In this document: positions 1 to 10,900 of the stretch, one piece after another
How positions within the stretch are numbered: the stretch's first letter is position 1
How the letters are laid out: each line of letters begins with the position of its first letter
Position numbers and translations under genes: made by a program
Notes under the pieces: model-generated
Databases searched by the model: none
What the model saw: only the letters and a program-made list of their open reading frames with translations
What the model was told of the DNA's origin: nothing
DNA from: a virus
DNA: 64,000 bases
Reading direction: 5' to 3' (one strand)
Virus record (IMG/VR): IMGVR_UViG_3300020183_000010

Positions 1-39
1 CCCAAAAGACGAATTTTGTTTAATTATTTTTCTTGCCAC
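1..39 (-). CDS. 5' end of a gene running off the window (MARKIIKQNSSFG...)
   Basis: GTG at 39-37 directly after the tandem stops of the upstream ORF; frame open to position 1. Confidence 0.5.
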   Translation of the reverse strand, partial: MARKIIKQNSSFG

Positions 40-42
40 TTA

Positions 43-3000
43 CTAGATAGTTGTTTTCTTACTTTGAGAATAAGCTGGTGAAACTAATGAAGTCTTAGTA
101 TAACTTCCTGTTACTAGAACATCGAAAGAAAAAAGATCTTCATTCTTTACCTGTATATCTATTCCTATTTTTTTAGTATAGGTAATATTCTTAAGGTTAC
201 CTGCAGATCTCCATCCTCCAACATATCCCAACTTATCTTGAGCTCTCATTTGGAAAACCAGTGGAATTGTTATAGCGTTTTCTTGACCGAAGTCTAGAGT
301 CTTTTTAGCTAATTGAGTAGATCCTTCTATTTGAAGTGCAGTATGATTTGTAGGGGCTATAAATAAATAAGATCCACAAGAGAACTTACCGCATAGAAAC
401 TCGTCGGATTCAATGAATCCTAATTTATTGGGATATGCGTTATCATCTGTACCAAATACAGATCCTGAATTAGCAGGATAATATTGTAGCTGCTGATAAG
501 AAGCAGTTTGGAACCCAGGGATAGAAGAAGTAATATTAGTATCTGTTTCAAATCCTAATGCGTGTCTAAATGATGGATATTCCATTGGTCCAGAAGGCAA
601 AACAGCAGGTCTTACTAGATCTAAGAAAAGAGTAGAGGATCCGTCGTTTATATCAGGGTGGCTGATATGAATACAGAACTCATTAAGATTCCCATTTCCT
701 GTTGGAGTACCAGAAGAATAATTACCATCCCATATATTGGCATTAATACCTGAACCTGTCGGGGGAGGACCTGTAGGACTAAAAGGCATTATAATGCCAT
801 CATTATTAATAGGTAGACCTCCAGTTCCCGTAGCGTCATTCCAAGCTAAAGAAGTAGGTGGATTAAAATATAGATCCTCGTCTAAACCAACGCTCTTATA
901 TCTACTATAAACAAATTGTGAATAGGCATTTCCACTTTGATATCCAGAAGCCTGAATAAAGGATCCAGGGGAAGATACATTAACATTAGCTGAAACTATT
1001 CCGGAAAGTTGGACAGGGGTCTCACCATATTTTCTGTTATTATTATAATCTGTCTGTCCCGTAATAGAGTTAGGAGCTTTAACCCCTTGACCCCCTGGTA
1101 TTAGAGAAGAAAGCTCCAGTGGAGTTGCTGCTTCGTTTCTTAATTCCAAATAATAAACCACGTTTGCTATCTTACCTTTATTACTAGGGTTTGAAAGATC
1201 TATAAGCTGGTCGTAATATCCTCCAAATAAATTTATAGTACTTCCTGGATTTATCTTATTAGAAGTATTTCCGCTTCTAATATAAACTCCTAATGTTCCT
1301 TTAGCTTTTGCTATTAATGCTCTTAATGATTGAAGCTCATTGTCTATTTGAGTTAATTTCTGGAAAAGATCTAAAGCCTTACCTGTAGCATCAAAAAATC
1401 CTGAAGCTATTACGCTAGAGTTATGTGCAAAAAATTTATCGCCGGAAGTAAACTGTGTGGCTAAGTGCTGATCTAATCCTTTAGCCTGTAAATCACTTTG
1501 TACTCTAGCAACTGCAGTATCAGTGTTATTCTGTACAACAAAAGATGAGTTATCTACTTGGACAACAAGATCTGGTGGGAAATCCACTATAGCTGATGTT
1601 GACCAATCAGAAGTTAAGGGGTTGGTAGGCCACCCAGCTTCAGATACTGATTGTACCTGTATTTCAACCTTTTCCCCTTTTGTTATAGGTATATCTAATT
1701 GATTTATATTTACAGTATTAGCGTCGCTAACATCCTCAATTTTCCAAATATATGTTCCAGTATTAACATCATATACTTTCTTTCTTACGTCGCTTTTAAA
1801 CTGGATCCAGTTAGTGAACTGTCCAGTTTTTGCTACTCCGTTATTGTCAATATAATCTATCTGATCTACTCCATTAGGATTACCAGTTAGACTAAGGTAT
1901 CTATATCTTACGTTAAACTGAACTATGTTTTGCTCACCAGTTTTAGGATCAACGATAGGTTCAGGTATAGGCCAGAATCCTCTAACTCTATATTTTGGTG
2001 CTTCTGTTAATTCAGGTACCGATATAATTAAGTTATTTAATTCTGTTATTGTAGTAGAAACTAGTTCAGTCTTACTACCTTTATCCTTAGTAAGTGCACT
2101 AATCTTATCATTTAATTTTTTAAATTCCGCAGTAGGTGTTTTACCAACTGATGTTGTGGTTAATTCAGATAGCTGCTTTCTTGTTTGATCTATAGCTCTA
2201 TCTATAGAATCTATCTCGTTCTTAAGTGTATTTTTAACATTTACTTTTTCTTTAAACGAGTTACTCTCCTTAGAACTTGTTATCTGTGAATTTACTCTTA
2301 CTACCTTAAAATTACCTGCAGAAACCACAGGAGAAGAAGGGGTTTGTCCATAAACAGCAGGTATCGTGTTATCTTTTGCTGATGCTATGAATATTTTACC
2401 AAAATCGGAAACCTGAGAATTGTAAAATGCCTCTAGAGTTTTTACACCATCCGATGTTGCTATTTGTAATTCATTTGACCAAAAACAAATACCAGGACTA
2501 TACTTACTTGAAGCAACATTAAAGTCTCCGTCTATAGACTTAATAAAAACACCTTGTCTTTCATCAAACCCTACATTTACCTCTACCTGTCTATTAGATA
2601 AAACGTTTGAGTATATTGTTAATGAAGAATCCCCTAATTGTATTGGTTCAAATCCAAATAATCTTTTAACTACTATAGTTTGGTTAGTAACATCTATTGA
2701 AGTTACCTCATATTTGGTTCCTCCAGATGTTATTAAAAGATCTCCTTTAGTTAGAGTTCTTGAATTTTCCGTATCAGATAATACATCATTATATCTTAGA
2801 GTATTTAACTTGTATTTTCTAACAGTATTTGTAGTGGTTGTTCCGTTTACTGTTACTTGAACTTCCTCGTCAAATATTCTTAGAACCCCAAATGATCCGG
2901 TGTATCTTATTGTTCTTAAATCTAGACTGTTTATTTGCTCGTCAACAAAATATTGTATCCCTTGACTTTCCAAAGATGCTATAAAATCAGCATCAGTGAT

Positions 3001-3531
3001 ATCATTTCTTCCCTTAAGATTATTATCGAAGTATTGTTTCTGTACATCAGATTGGGTGTTAGCAATTATTCTTTTTACATAAACGCTCTCAGAATTTTCG
3101 GGAATCTGATTTTCAACATCTATCTCTATGTAGAGAAGAGGATTTAAAAATGATTCAAAAAACCAGTTATTCCTAGCTTGAAATGTCGAAGGTACTTGTA
3201 AGCTAGAAGGAGATGAAGGATCTTTTAAAGTTTTTGCCTGGTAGATCTTAGCAACAGTACCATCAGCGTTTCTGACATTAGCTTTGTTATCTTCTAATCC
3301 AGATAGAGCTTTTATATTCTCATCTAGTCTATTAATCTCTGTCTTCAAATAACCAAAAGAAGGAACTTGTATATTCTCTGAAGTATTATCATCCATTAAG
3401 AACTCAATCTCAACAGAATCTTTAGATGAAGTAGTTACATCATTTAACTTGTTTATAATTTCCAAAGAGTTCTTTTGAAGTCTAAGAAACTGTGCTATTA
3501 ATGATGAAAATGAATTTTTAGTATTCGACAT
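43..3531 (-). CDS. Large putative virion structural protein (1162 aa; coiled coil plus beta-rich domains)
   Basis: Long ORF in the minus-strand structural operon; coiled coil around aa 430-500; no catalytic motif recognised. Confidence 0.6.
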   Translation of the reverse strand: MSNTKNSFSSLIAQFLRLQKNSLEIINKLNDVTTSSKDSVEIEFLMDDNTSENIQVPSFGYLKTEINRLDENIKALSGLEDNKANVRNADGTVAKIYQAKTLKDPSSPSSLQVPSTFQARNNWFFESFLNPLLYIEIDVENQIPENSESVYVKRIIANTQSDVQKQYFDNNLKGRNDITDADFIASLESQGIQYFVDEQINSLDLRTIRYTGSFGVLRIFDEEVQVTVNGTTTTNTVRKYKLNTLRYNDVLSDTENSRTLTKGDLLITSGGTKYEVTSIDVTNQTIVVKRLFGFEPIQLGDSSLTIYSNVLSNRQVEVNVGFDERQGVFIKSIDGDFNVASSKYSPGICFWSNELQIATSDGVKTLEAFYNSQVSDFGKIFIASAKDNTIPAVYGQTPSSPVVSAGNFKVVRVNSQITSSKESNSFKEKVNVKNTLKNEIDSIDRAIDQTRKQLSELTTTSVGKTPTAEFKKLNDKISALTKDKGSKTELVSTTITELNNLIISVPELTEAPKYRVRGFWPIPEPIVDPKTGEQNIVQFNVRYRYLSLTGNPNGVDQIDYIDNNGVAKTGQFTNWIQFKSDVRKKVYDVNTGTYIWKIEDVSDANTVNINQLDIPITKGEKVEIQVQSVSEAGWPTNPLTSDWSTSAIVDFPPDLVVQVDNSSFVVQNNTDTAVARVQSDLQAKGLDQHLATQFTSGDKFFAHNSSVIASGFFDATGKALDLFQKLTQIDNELQSLRALIAKAKGTLGVYIRSGNTSNKINPGSTINLFGGYYDQLIDLSNPSNKGKIANVVYYLELRNEAATPLELSSLIPGGQGVKAPNSITGQTDYNNNRKYGETPVQLSGIVSANVNVSSPGSFIQASGYQSGNAYSQFVYSRYKSVGLDEDLYFNPPTSLAWNDATGTGGLPINNDGIIMPFSPTGPPPTGSGINANIWDGNYSSGTPTGNGNLNEFCIHISHPDINDGSSTLFLDLVRPAVLPSGPMEYPSFRHALGFETDTNITSSIPGFQTASYQQLQYYPANSGSVFGTDDNAYPNKLGFIESDEFLCGKFSCGSYLFIAPTNHTALQIEGSTQLAKKTLDFGQENAITIPLVFQMRAQDKLGYVGGWRSAGNLKNITYTKKIGIDIQVKNEDLFSFDVLVTGSYTKTSLVSPAYSQSKKTTI

Positions 3532-3535
3532 TTTT

Positions 3536-5719
3536 TTATTTTATTTGATCAACTTCAAATATTAAGTTCTTATCGTCTATGCAAACAATATCAAAAATTG
3601 GTTTATATCCAGATCCGGAGAACTGTGTATTAAGGAATCCTGCAACAACAGAAGAATAAGGAACTCCTGAAGGAGCAGACTTAGGATATTCTCCTAGAGC
3701 ATCTGTTAAAATAACAAGAGAATAATTACCTAGATCTATATCGTCTCCAATAACAAGTCTTAGAACTTGTCCCTTTTTCCATTTGTTTATGCTATCATCT
3801 ATCTTTATAACAATATCATTGTTTGCAGTTATCGATATACCATTATTTTTATGCTTAAGATAGTTAGTGTATATTGAAAGAGGTATAGTATTACCTGCTA
3901 CAGGATTTATAGTAAATAAAGAATTGTTTGAAATATTATAGTCTTGCTGTGTAACATTTACTTTCAATATATTAGGAGTACTCCTATCTACAGATGTACC
4001 GTCTCCATCTTTTAATAAGTCAAGATTATAAGACATATTAATAGAGGTCTGATTCTGTAATATATTGTCAATCATATCGCTATTACTTTCGATAAGACTT
4101 AAAATATCCTGCGTGTTATCAAAAAGAGCCTGATTTGCTTGTAAAGATGCTTCTACTACATCCAATCTTGCTTTAATCTCTGTACTATCGTCAGTGTTTA
4201 TTATAAGATCCTTAAGATAGTTGATCTCATTTTGCATATTAGCTATCTGTAGAGTTCTATCATTAAGATTCTTAGCTGCATCTTGTAAAACAGTAGCAGC
4301 ATCCATAAATATAGAAAGAGAGAATGAAGAGTAGTCGTTTATTGCTTGCTCTACCCCTGTGCTTTCTACGTCAGTATCAAACTTAAGATTTATTTTAAAT
4401 CCGTAAGAGTTACCATTAAGTTTGGTAATCGGATCTGGCTTAAACTTCTTAAAGGTTGGGAGTTTAGCAGCATTAGTAGAAACTGGCTCTGGATCGTTTA
4501 AGAAAAGAATACCATAAAGATTGGTTTCTGAATCCGTTGGATTATTAGGATCATAAACATCATAATAGACCAAAACAGCATTAAATTCAAAAGAGGTTGT
4601 AATAGGAGTTCCGTTCCATTCCTCTATTGTAGATATACCAACATAATTTTGTATCGCCTTATAAGATGCAGGATCAAAATCTATCTGAACCCCATCAAGA
4701 TTACTTCTTTTATAAGTTACAGAATATCCGCCAGGACCAGAAGCAGCTACGTATTTATCTATTTCATAGTTACTAGGATCAAAAAACGTAGGATCTGTAA
4801 AATACGAATTAGCCTCGTCTCTTGGAGAATACCAATTATTTGTAAATGGACCAGTTGCAGATGTTCCACTAACACCAGGTTCTCCTAAAACATCTTGGTC
4901 AAATATAGCTAACTTTGGAAGTCCATTAGGTCCATATAATCCTGAAGCTGAATCTCTTCCTTGTAAATATTCAGTATCTGTAGGATCTGGAGGCAAGTGA
5001 GTCCACGTTCTATCTGGATAATAGTTTTCGTCAGCTACTGTTTTAAATAAAACGTAAGGTGTTCCTCCGTCTCCAGTAGGTACATGTATATAAACTTCTG
5101 AATATGCGTTTTCAGAATTTTGAACGGAGTTAACAACATCGATATCTCCGATATACTGAACTATTCTTTCGTATCTTGGATTAGGAGTTCCGTTACCAGT
5201 TAATAATGTATCTTCCTCTACCCATCTTTTATCCGAATAGGGATATCCTTCTTTTGTGGTTGTTAAAGTTTGGTTTAGTGAAGCTACTACTTCGTTTGTG
5301 TTTGCTGATCTATATCTAACACCCCCTAGCTCTTTAACCCATTTCCAAAAAACACGCTCCGATACGTTTCTCTTTAGATCCTGATTATAATTAGTATCTG
5401 ATATAACTGTAGATTCTAAATTTAAACAATAGTTCTGAAATGATATTTCAGGAGATGGACTTAAATTATTTGGATTTGTAAGAATAAAATCCCCAGCAGC
5501 TGCATCTAAGAAAGTAGTATCTATGGCATTAAACTGTAATGTATTTTCCCCGTATACCGGTGTCCCAAATTCAGGAAGCTTTAACAAAGCATATTTAGAG
5601 AAAGTAAATTTCTTTAATGAGTTATTAAAGGTTAAAGATAAATCCTCCGCCGCAGAAGAGAAGGTATAAAAAGTACCGCCTTGAACTGCTATGGGTCTTA
5701 TATAAGGTGTCTTTGCCAT
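3536..5719 (-). CDS. Putative virion structural protein (727 aa)
   Basis: Tightly packed with neighbours (4 and 14 nt gaps); coiled coil around aa 475-560. Confidence 0.55.
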   Translation of the reverse strand: MAKTPYIRPIAVQGGTFYTFSSAAEDLSLTFNNSLKKFTFSKYALLKLPEFGTPVYGENTLQFNAIDTTFLDAAAGDFILTNPNNLSPSPEISFQNYCLNLESTVISDTNYNQDLKRNVSERVFWKWVKELGGVRYRSANTNEVVASLNQTLTTTKEGYPYSDKRWVEEDTLLTGNGTPNPRYERIVQYIGDIDVVNSVQNSENAYSEVYIHVPTGDGGTPYVLFKTVADENYYPDRTWTHLPPDPTDTEYLQGRDSASGLYGPNGLPKLAIFDQDVLGEPGVSGTSATGPFTNNWYSPRDEANSYFTDPTFFDPSNYEIDKYVAASGPGGYSVTYKRSNLDGVQIDFDPASYKAIQNYVGISTIEEWNGTPITTSFEFNAVLVYYDVYDPNNPTDSETNLYGILFLNDPEPVSTNAAKLPTFKKFKPDPITKLNGNSYGFKINLKFDTDVESTGVEQAINDYSSFSLSIFMDAATVLQDAAKNLNDRTLQIANMQNEINYLKDLIINTDDSTEIKARLDVVEASLQANQALFDNTQDILSLIESNSDMIDNILQNQTSINMSYNLDLLKDGDGTSVDRSTPNILKVNVTQQDYNISNNSLFTINPVAGNTIPLSIYTNYLKHKNNGISITANNDIVIKIDDSINKWKKGQVLRLVIGDDIDLGNYSLVILTDALGEYPKSAPSGVPYSSVVAGFLNTQFSGSGYKPIFDIVCIDDKNLIFEVDQIK

Positions 5720-5733
5720 TTATTAATACTTAA

Positions 5734-6654
5734 TTAGTATGTGAATCCTTGTGTGTCGTTAACAACCACCCAAGATCCTTTTTGAGTTGCTGCTCCTTGA
5801 TCTATTCTAGGCTCCCACATAAGTGTTAGAGAAGATTTATAAGGATTTCCTGGTGTTTGAACTGATGGATCAGAGAAAGAAGCATCACCAGTGGAGAAAC
5901 CTGTGTAATACTCAGATCCACCAGGTCCAGTAACTCCAGTAGCTATTAATCCTGCTGAAGTTGCAGTATCTATTAAAGTTACAGTGTAACCCGCAGGGAT
6001 ATTAGAAGCAGTTGCTCCAGAACCTGTTGTTGCATAAAAGAAAAATCCTGTGGTAAATCCAGCATCAGCCGGCGCAGTTGAAACATAGTCTGATTGTATA
6101 TAGATAACATTTTCAGTTAAATTTAATTGATAAGGTGTGGAATATGTTCCAGTAACACCTGCTCCAGGAGCTGAAGGAAAAGCTGTTGTTGATCCAACAG
6201 TTGCTTTTCTATTTGTATTGACAAAATTACCAGAAGCTCCTATATTAGTTCTTCCTTCTAAATTAACAACACTTTGGAAAGTTGCAGTTGCACCAAAGTT
6301 TGCCGCTCCAGAAGCAGATAAAGTATTGACTTGAAGAACGTTAGAAAAAATACCAGTAGCTCCTGCCACAGTATTTGAGAATATAATAGATCCTCCACTA
6401 GCTCCTGTTCCATATATCTGAATAGTAGGTGATCCTGAAGCAGGCATCACCAAGCTATTGGTCAGTAATGATTTAGATTTAATCTGCCCGCTCGATGCAC
6501 TAGAAACGTCCAAAGATCCGGTTAACACATTTATATTAAAAGTGTTTTCCAAATCGTTGTAAGCGTTCTCTAATAGCAAAAAGTTAGCATTAATAGTCAG
6601 TCTTGATCCTGAAATAGAATCCGTTCCAAGGATTTCGGTAATTGTTATTGCCAT
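5734..6654 (-). CDS. Putative fibre/collar-like virion protein, Gly/Ser/Thr/Ala-rich
   Basis: N-terminal TDSISGSRLTINANF followed by short coiled coil and G/S/T/A-rich beta-type sequence; preceded by GATATATA motif. Confidence 0.5.
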   Translation of the reverse strand: MAITITEILGTDSISGSRLTINANFLLLENAYNDLENTFNINVLTGSLDVSSASSGQIKSKSLLTNSLVMPASGSPTIQIYGTGASGGSIIFSNTVAGATGIFSNVLQVNTLSASGAANFGATATFQSVVNLEGRTNIGASGNFVNTNRKATVGSTTAFPSAPGAGVTGTYSTPYQLNLTENVIYIQSDYVSTAPADAGFTTGFFFYATTGSGATASNIPAGYTVTLIDTATSAGLIATGVTGPGGSEYYTGFSTGDASFSDPSVQTPGNPYKSSLTLMWEPRIDQGAATQKGSWVVVNDTQGFTY

Positions 6655-6671
6655 TTGATTTTTCTTTTTTT

Positions 6672-6681
6672 GATATATATC
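6672..6681. promoter_or_regulatory. Palindromic GATATATATC, putative late promoter (possibly bidirectional)
   Basis: Same GATATATA octamer found upstream of many genes; 19 nt upstream of the ATG at 6654 (-). Confidence 0.6.
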
Positions 6682-6766
6682 CTGTATTTAATACTTTAAG
6701 AAAAGACAGGGTTAATTATTAAACAGAGAAACATCTAATATGTTTCTCAAAATAAAAAAAAATCTT

Positions 6767-7441
6767 ATGGCTACAGGAACAAACTGGACACAGAAAAGAA
6801 AACCTAAAAATCCTATCAAATTTAAAATCACACTAAATGAAGAACAGAAGGATGCTAAAACTACAATATTAGCAAATCCTGTTAATGTTCTTAAAGGTGC
6901 AGCAGGATCGGGTAAAACATTATTAGCAGTACAAATAGCTCTGGACATGCTATTTAACAGAGAGATCGAAAAACTAGTTATAACTAGACCAACAGTAGCA
7001 AAAGAAGATATAGGATTTCTACCGGGAGATCTAAGAGAAAAAATGGATCCTTGGTTAGCCCCAATATATGCTAACTTGGAAATGGTTTATGATAAAGACA
7101 AGATAGAGAAACTATTAAACGAGGGAATAATAGAGATTCTCCCCTTCCCATTTATGAGAGGTAGAACATTAGTTAACTCTTGCGTTATTGTAGACGAAGC
7201 ACAAAACGTAACTATGAACCAAATGGAAATGGTATTAGGAAGATTAGGGATAGGTTCTAAAATGTTAATATGTGGGGACACATCACAAATAGATTTAAAG
7301 AATAAGAAGGAATCTGGTTTAGACTTTATGAACACCCTATCTTCAAGAGTAGAGGGAGTTAAGGTTATCACTCTTAAGAAAAACCACAGACATCCGATAG
7401 TACCGGGTATTTTAGATGTTTATAGGGAATATACAACATAA
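6767..7441 (+). CDS. phoH: PhoH-like ATPase
   Basis: GAAGSGKT Walker A, ITRP, IGFLPG, FMRGRT, DEAQN, GDTSQID, RHPIV motifs; start placed at ATG 6767 after an A-rich leader (ORF track gives 6740). Confidence 0.93.
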   Translation: MATGTNWTQKRKPKNPIKFKITLNEEQKDAKTTILANPVNVLKGAAGSGKTLLAVQIALDMLFNREIEKLVITRPTVAKEDIGFLPGDLREKMDPWLAPIYANLEMVYDKDKIEKLLNEGIIEILPFPFMRGRTLVNSCVIVDEAQNVTMNQMEMVLGRLGIGSKMLICGDTSQIDLKNKKESGLDFMNTLSSRVEGVKVITLKKNHRHPIVPGILDVYREYTT

Positions 7442-7467
7442 AAATAATATACAAATAAAAAATAAAC

Positions 7468-7986
7468 ATGAATTACAATTGGCTTAAGGACGAAAAATCC
7501 CCAAAAATACTAGTAGAAGCGGTGAAAAATCTAGGGGTAAAAGAAATAGTTGGCTCCGCACACAATCCAGTTATTCTCGGATGGGCAGGAGAACTTGGAC
7601 TAAAAAGTATTTACACTAACGACGAAATACCCTGGTGTGGTTTATTTATAGCACATTGTGTACATGTTGCTGGATTCGAAGTGGTTGAAAGACCCTTATG
7701 GGCTTTAAATTGGGCCAAGTACGGTAATAAAGTTGATGAGCCTATGTTGGGTGATATCCTAACTTTCAAAAGAAATGGAGGAGGGCACGTTGGAATATAT
7801 GTTGGGGAGGACGAAAAATATTACCACGTTTTAGGGGGTAACCAAAATAATTCGGTAAGTGTTTCCAGAATTGCTAAATCAAGACTCCACCAGGCAAGAA
7901 GAACTAAATGGAAAATTGCACAGCCTGGTAACGTAAGAAAAGTTCTACTGGAAGCTAAAGGAAATATCACTACAAACGAAAGCTAG
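7468..7986 (+). CDS. TIGR02594-family NlpC/P60-like cysteine peptidase (candidate peptidoglycan hydrolase)
   Basis: DEIPWCGLF (catalytic Cys), GGHVG (His) and VLGGNQNNSV motifs. Confidence 0.85.
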   Translation: MNYNWLKDEKSPKILVEAVKNLGVKEIVGSAHNPVILGWAGELGLKSIYTNDEIPWCGLFIAHCVHVAGFEVVERPLWALNWAKYGNKVDEPMLGDILTFKRNGGGHVGIYVGEDEKYYHVLGGNQNNSVSVSRIAKSRLHQARRTKWKIAQPGNVRKVLLEAKGNITTNES

Positions 7987-7994
7987 CCAGAATT

Positions 7995-10900
7995 TTAAAA
8001 TAAATCTTGATACTTATTCAGAGGGGGAAATCCTAATTCTTTCCTATTATAATAGATGGATCTTAGTAAGTAGTCCTCAGGATTTACAACTTCGGGTTTT
8101 AAATCTCCTGCGAAAGCTTCTTTGTGATCTATAACCCTTATCATCCCCTTATGCTCTGTTTGATATATGTTACCATTGGCATCTTGTAATTCACAAGATA
8201 TTGTATAGAATCCAGGATTTAAGAAGGTCCATATAAAGTATGGGGTTTTTCTTATCTTCACTATGGTCTCACCTGTTTCTGTATCAGTAAGGGTCCATAT
8301 GTGATTCTTTTTACCAGGTATTAATGAATCGATTGGATTTATAAATATTGTTGTAGCTAAAGGAATCTCAAATTCTTTATTATATAATTTTTCTTCCTTC
8401 CACGACCATGAGTGTGATCCTAACCATGATTGTACAGATCCTATTTTTAATCCACTTTGGAATCTTTGTTTAGGTATTTTTCCGAGAAAAGCATCTAAAG
8501 ATCCACCAGGAGGAGAAAGAACAATATAAGGAGAAAAATCGGATTCTCCTTCAAAATATCCAGTTATATAAATATTTTCTTCTTTGTCTAATACTAGGTC
8601 AGCGCCGGAATCATTGTTTAGACCTCCAGCAGTAACTATATCTACTAATATACCATCACTATTGAATTTTGTTAGGTATATGTCCGTTCCTCCTCTTGCT
8701 TCTATTTCATCAGGGGAAAAATAAGCAGGAGATGTATAAGATCCAGTTATGTAAACATTCTCTTCTGAATCGCTCTCTATATCATAAGAAGTATCTCCTG
8801 ATTGTCCCCCGCACATTTTTAACCACATCAATTTTCCAGTAGAAAGAAGCTTAATTACAAATATGTCAGTTGCACCTGGGAAAGAAGTTATTTTTTGGCC
8901 TTCTGATTCAATAGTTCCGTCGAAAGATCCAGTGACTAAAACGTGACCCTTTGGATCTATGCAGATAGATGTATTTCCAAATGAAGTGCTAGAATCATAT
9001 GCAAAGCTATCTCCCCATAAACACTTACCGTCTCCAGTAGAAAACTTAGCAACAAACATATCAGGATTTCCTAAACCATTTAGTGTTATAGGACCTAGAT
9101 CAATTTGAGTGTCAAAAACTCCAGTTAAATATAAATACTCCTCTTTAAGAACTGCCAGCTCATAAGCTTTAGAATATGTTGTTGTGGTAAGCTGTTTAGC
9201 CCACACAAAATTTAAAGATGGGTCTATCTTTGCGACAAAAGCAGCATCCTGACCAGAAGACGATAAAGAATAAGTTCCAAGGTTAAGAGTTCCTTCAAAA
9301 GATCCACATATATAGATATTCTCGTATTTATCAACCTTAATATCTCCTAGGAATTGATCAGGAGATACAGGAACATTTATAACACCAACTAAAACACCGT
9401 CGGAATTATATTTGTTTATTTCTATAAATCCTGTAAGGTTATTATCACAAGCAACGTAAATATTACTGTGTGCATCAGTTATAACAGATCTAGCGTAAAT
9501 AGGTCCTTGTGGTGAATTAGTAGATATTGAAGTTGCCCACTGAATAACTCCTCCTTTATTATATTTAGCAATATAAACACCCTGTTCTGGACTATTCAAA
9601 TAAATATCCTGGGTCCCGATATTATTAACCTCGCCCATGAATATCGTTCCCGTGAAATCCCCTATTGCTATTATATCTCCCTCACTATCTACAGTGACCT
9701 TAACACCTTGGTCTGGACTACTATTACCTAGAGTTATTACCCATTCAAAATTTTCGAATAGATCCCTGGATTTTTTCTGTGCTATCCTCTCTATTTGTGA
9801 ATTTCTCCAATAAGGTTCTTTATTAGCTTTTCCGTTTAAAATATCTCGTAGCGGAGCGTATAAGAAGACATCGTCGAGGTTTAAAGATGGAAACTGATCT
9901 TTCAATCGATCAACGCTATAACGCTGCCAAATAGGCTTATACCAAGAGTATCTGTCCACGTTGGGCATAACAGGTCTCGTGTAATCAGAATTTAATGTGA
10001 TATTATCTACAAAAGGACCTACTATAAAACTAAATCCTAGCTGAGAATCACCTATACCACTTTTATAAATGTACTCAACAGAAGGCAAAGGTGTAGATGT
10101 TTCGTGATAAACAAAATCCCATCCGTTAGTTCCTGGTGTTTTAGATGTTGCATGTATATGTGGTATAACATAATCAAGTTTTCCAATTTCTCCTTGGTCC
10201 GTTAAGAACAACAAATTCTTAGGATATGTTGTCTGTCCGTTTTTAATAGTTTTCCATGGAGCAGAAAGCATTGTTTTTCCACGAAATACATTACAAGGAT
10301 CTATTAGGGTTAATCCATCATTTCTATATAGAACCTTAGTGAAGAAATATCCATCAAAGAAATATAATTCTGCAGACCCTGGTGAGGAGGTAGTGTCTAT
10401 GGTAAACCATATGTTAGCGTTACCAGTTTCTACTATGTTTCCAAAAGATCCTGAAGATAATTCAGGATTTGTCGAATTGTTCCAAACCGCCCATCTAATC
10501 TGATCCCAATAAACTAATCCAGAATCTGTTCCTATCCATTTATGATTTAGTTTATCCAATTCTATAGAATAAACATTGTCACTAGGAATACCAGAATTTC
10601 CTGAATTGTAATTCTTGAATCTTACCCCATCAAATCTAGATAAGCCAGCATCTGTTGCTATCCATAGATACCATTTATTAATACCATAATATTCCAATCT
10701 AAGGTCTCTGATATTATCAGAAGGTATATCGGAATTGTTGGTTGTATAAAGGCCCCACGATTTAGCGGACGAATCATAAAATAAAAGTCCATCAAAGGAT
10801 GGAGAAGAATTACAAGTAAATGCTGCAAATATATCTCCACTCTGTGGGTTTATTTCTATAGATGTTATACTTGAAGCAGTTATAGGACTAACAGGATTTC

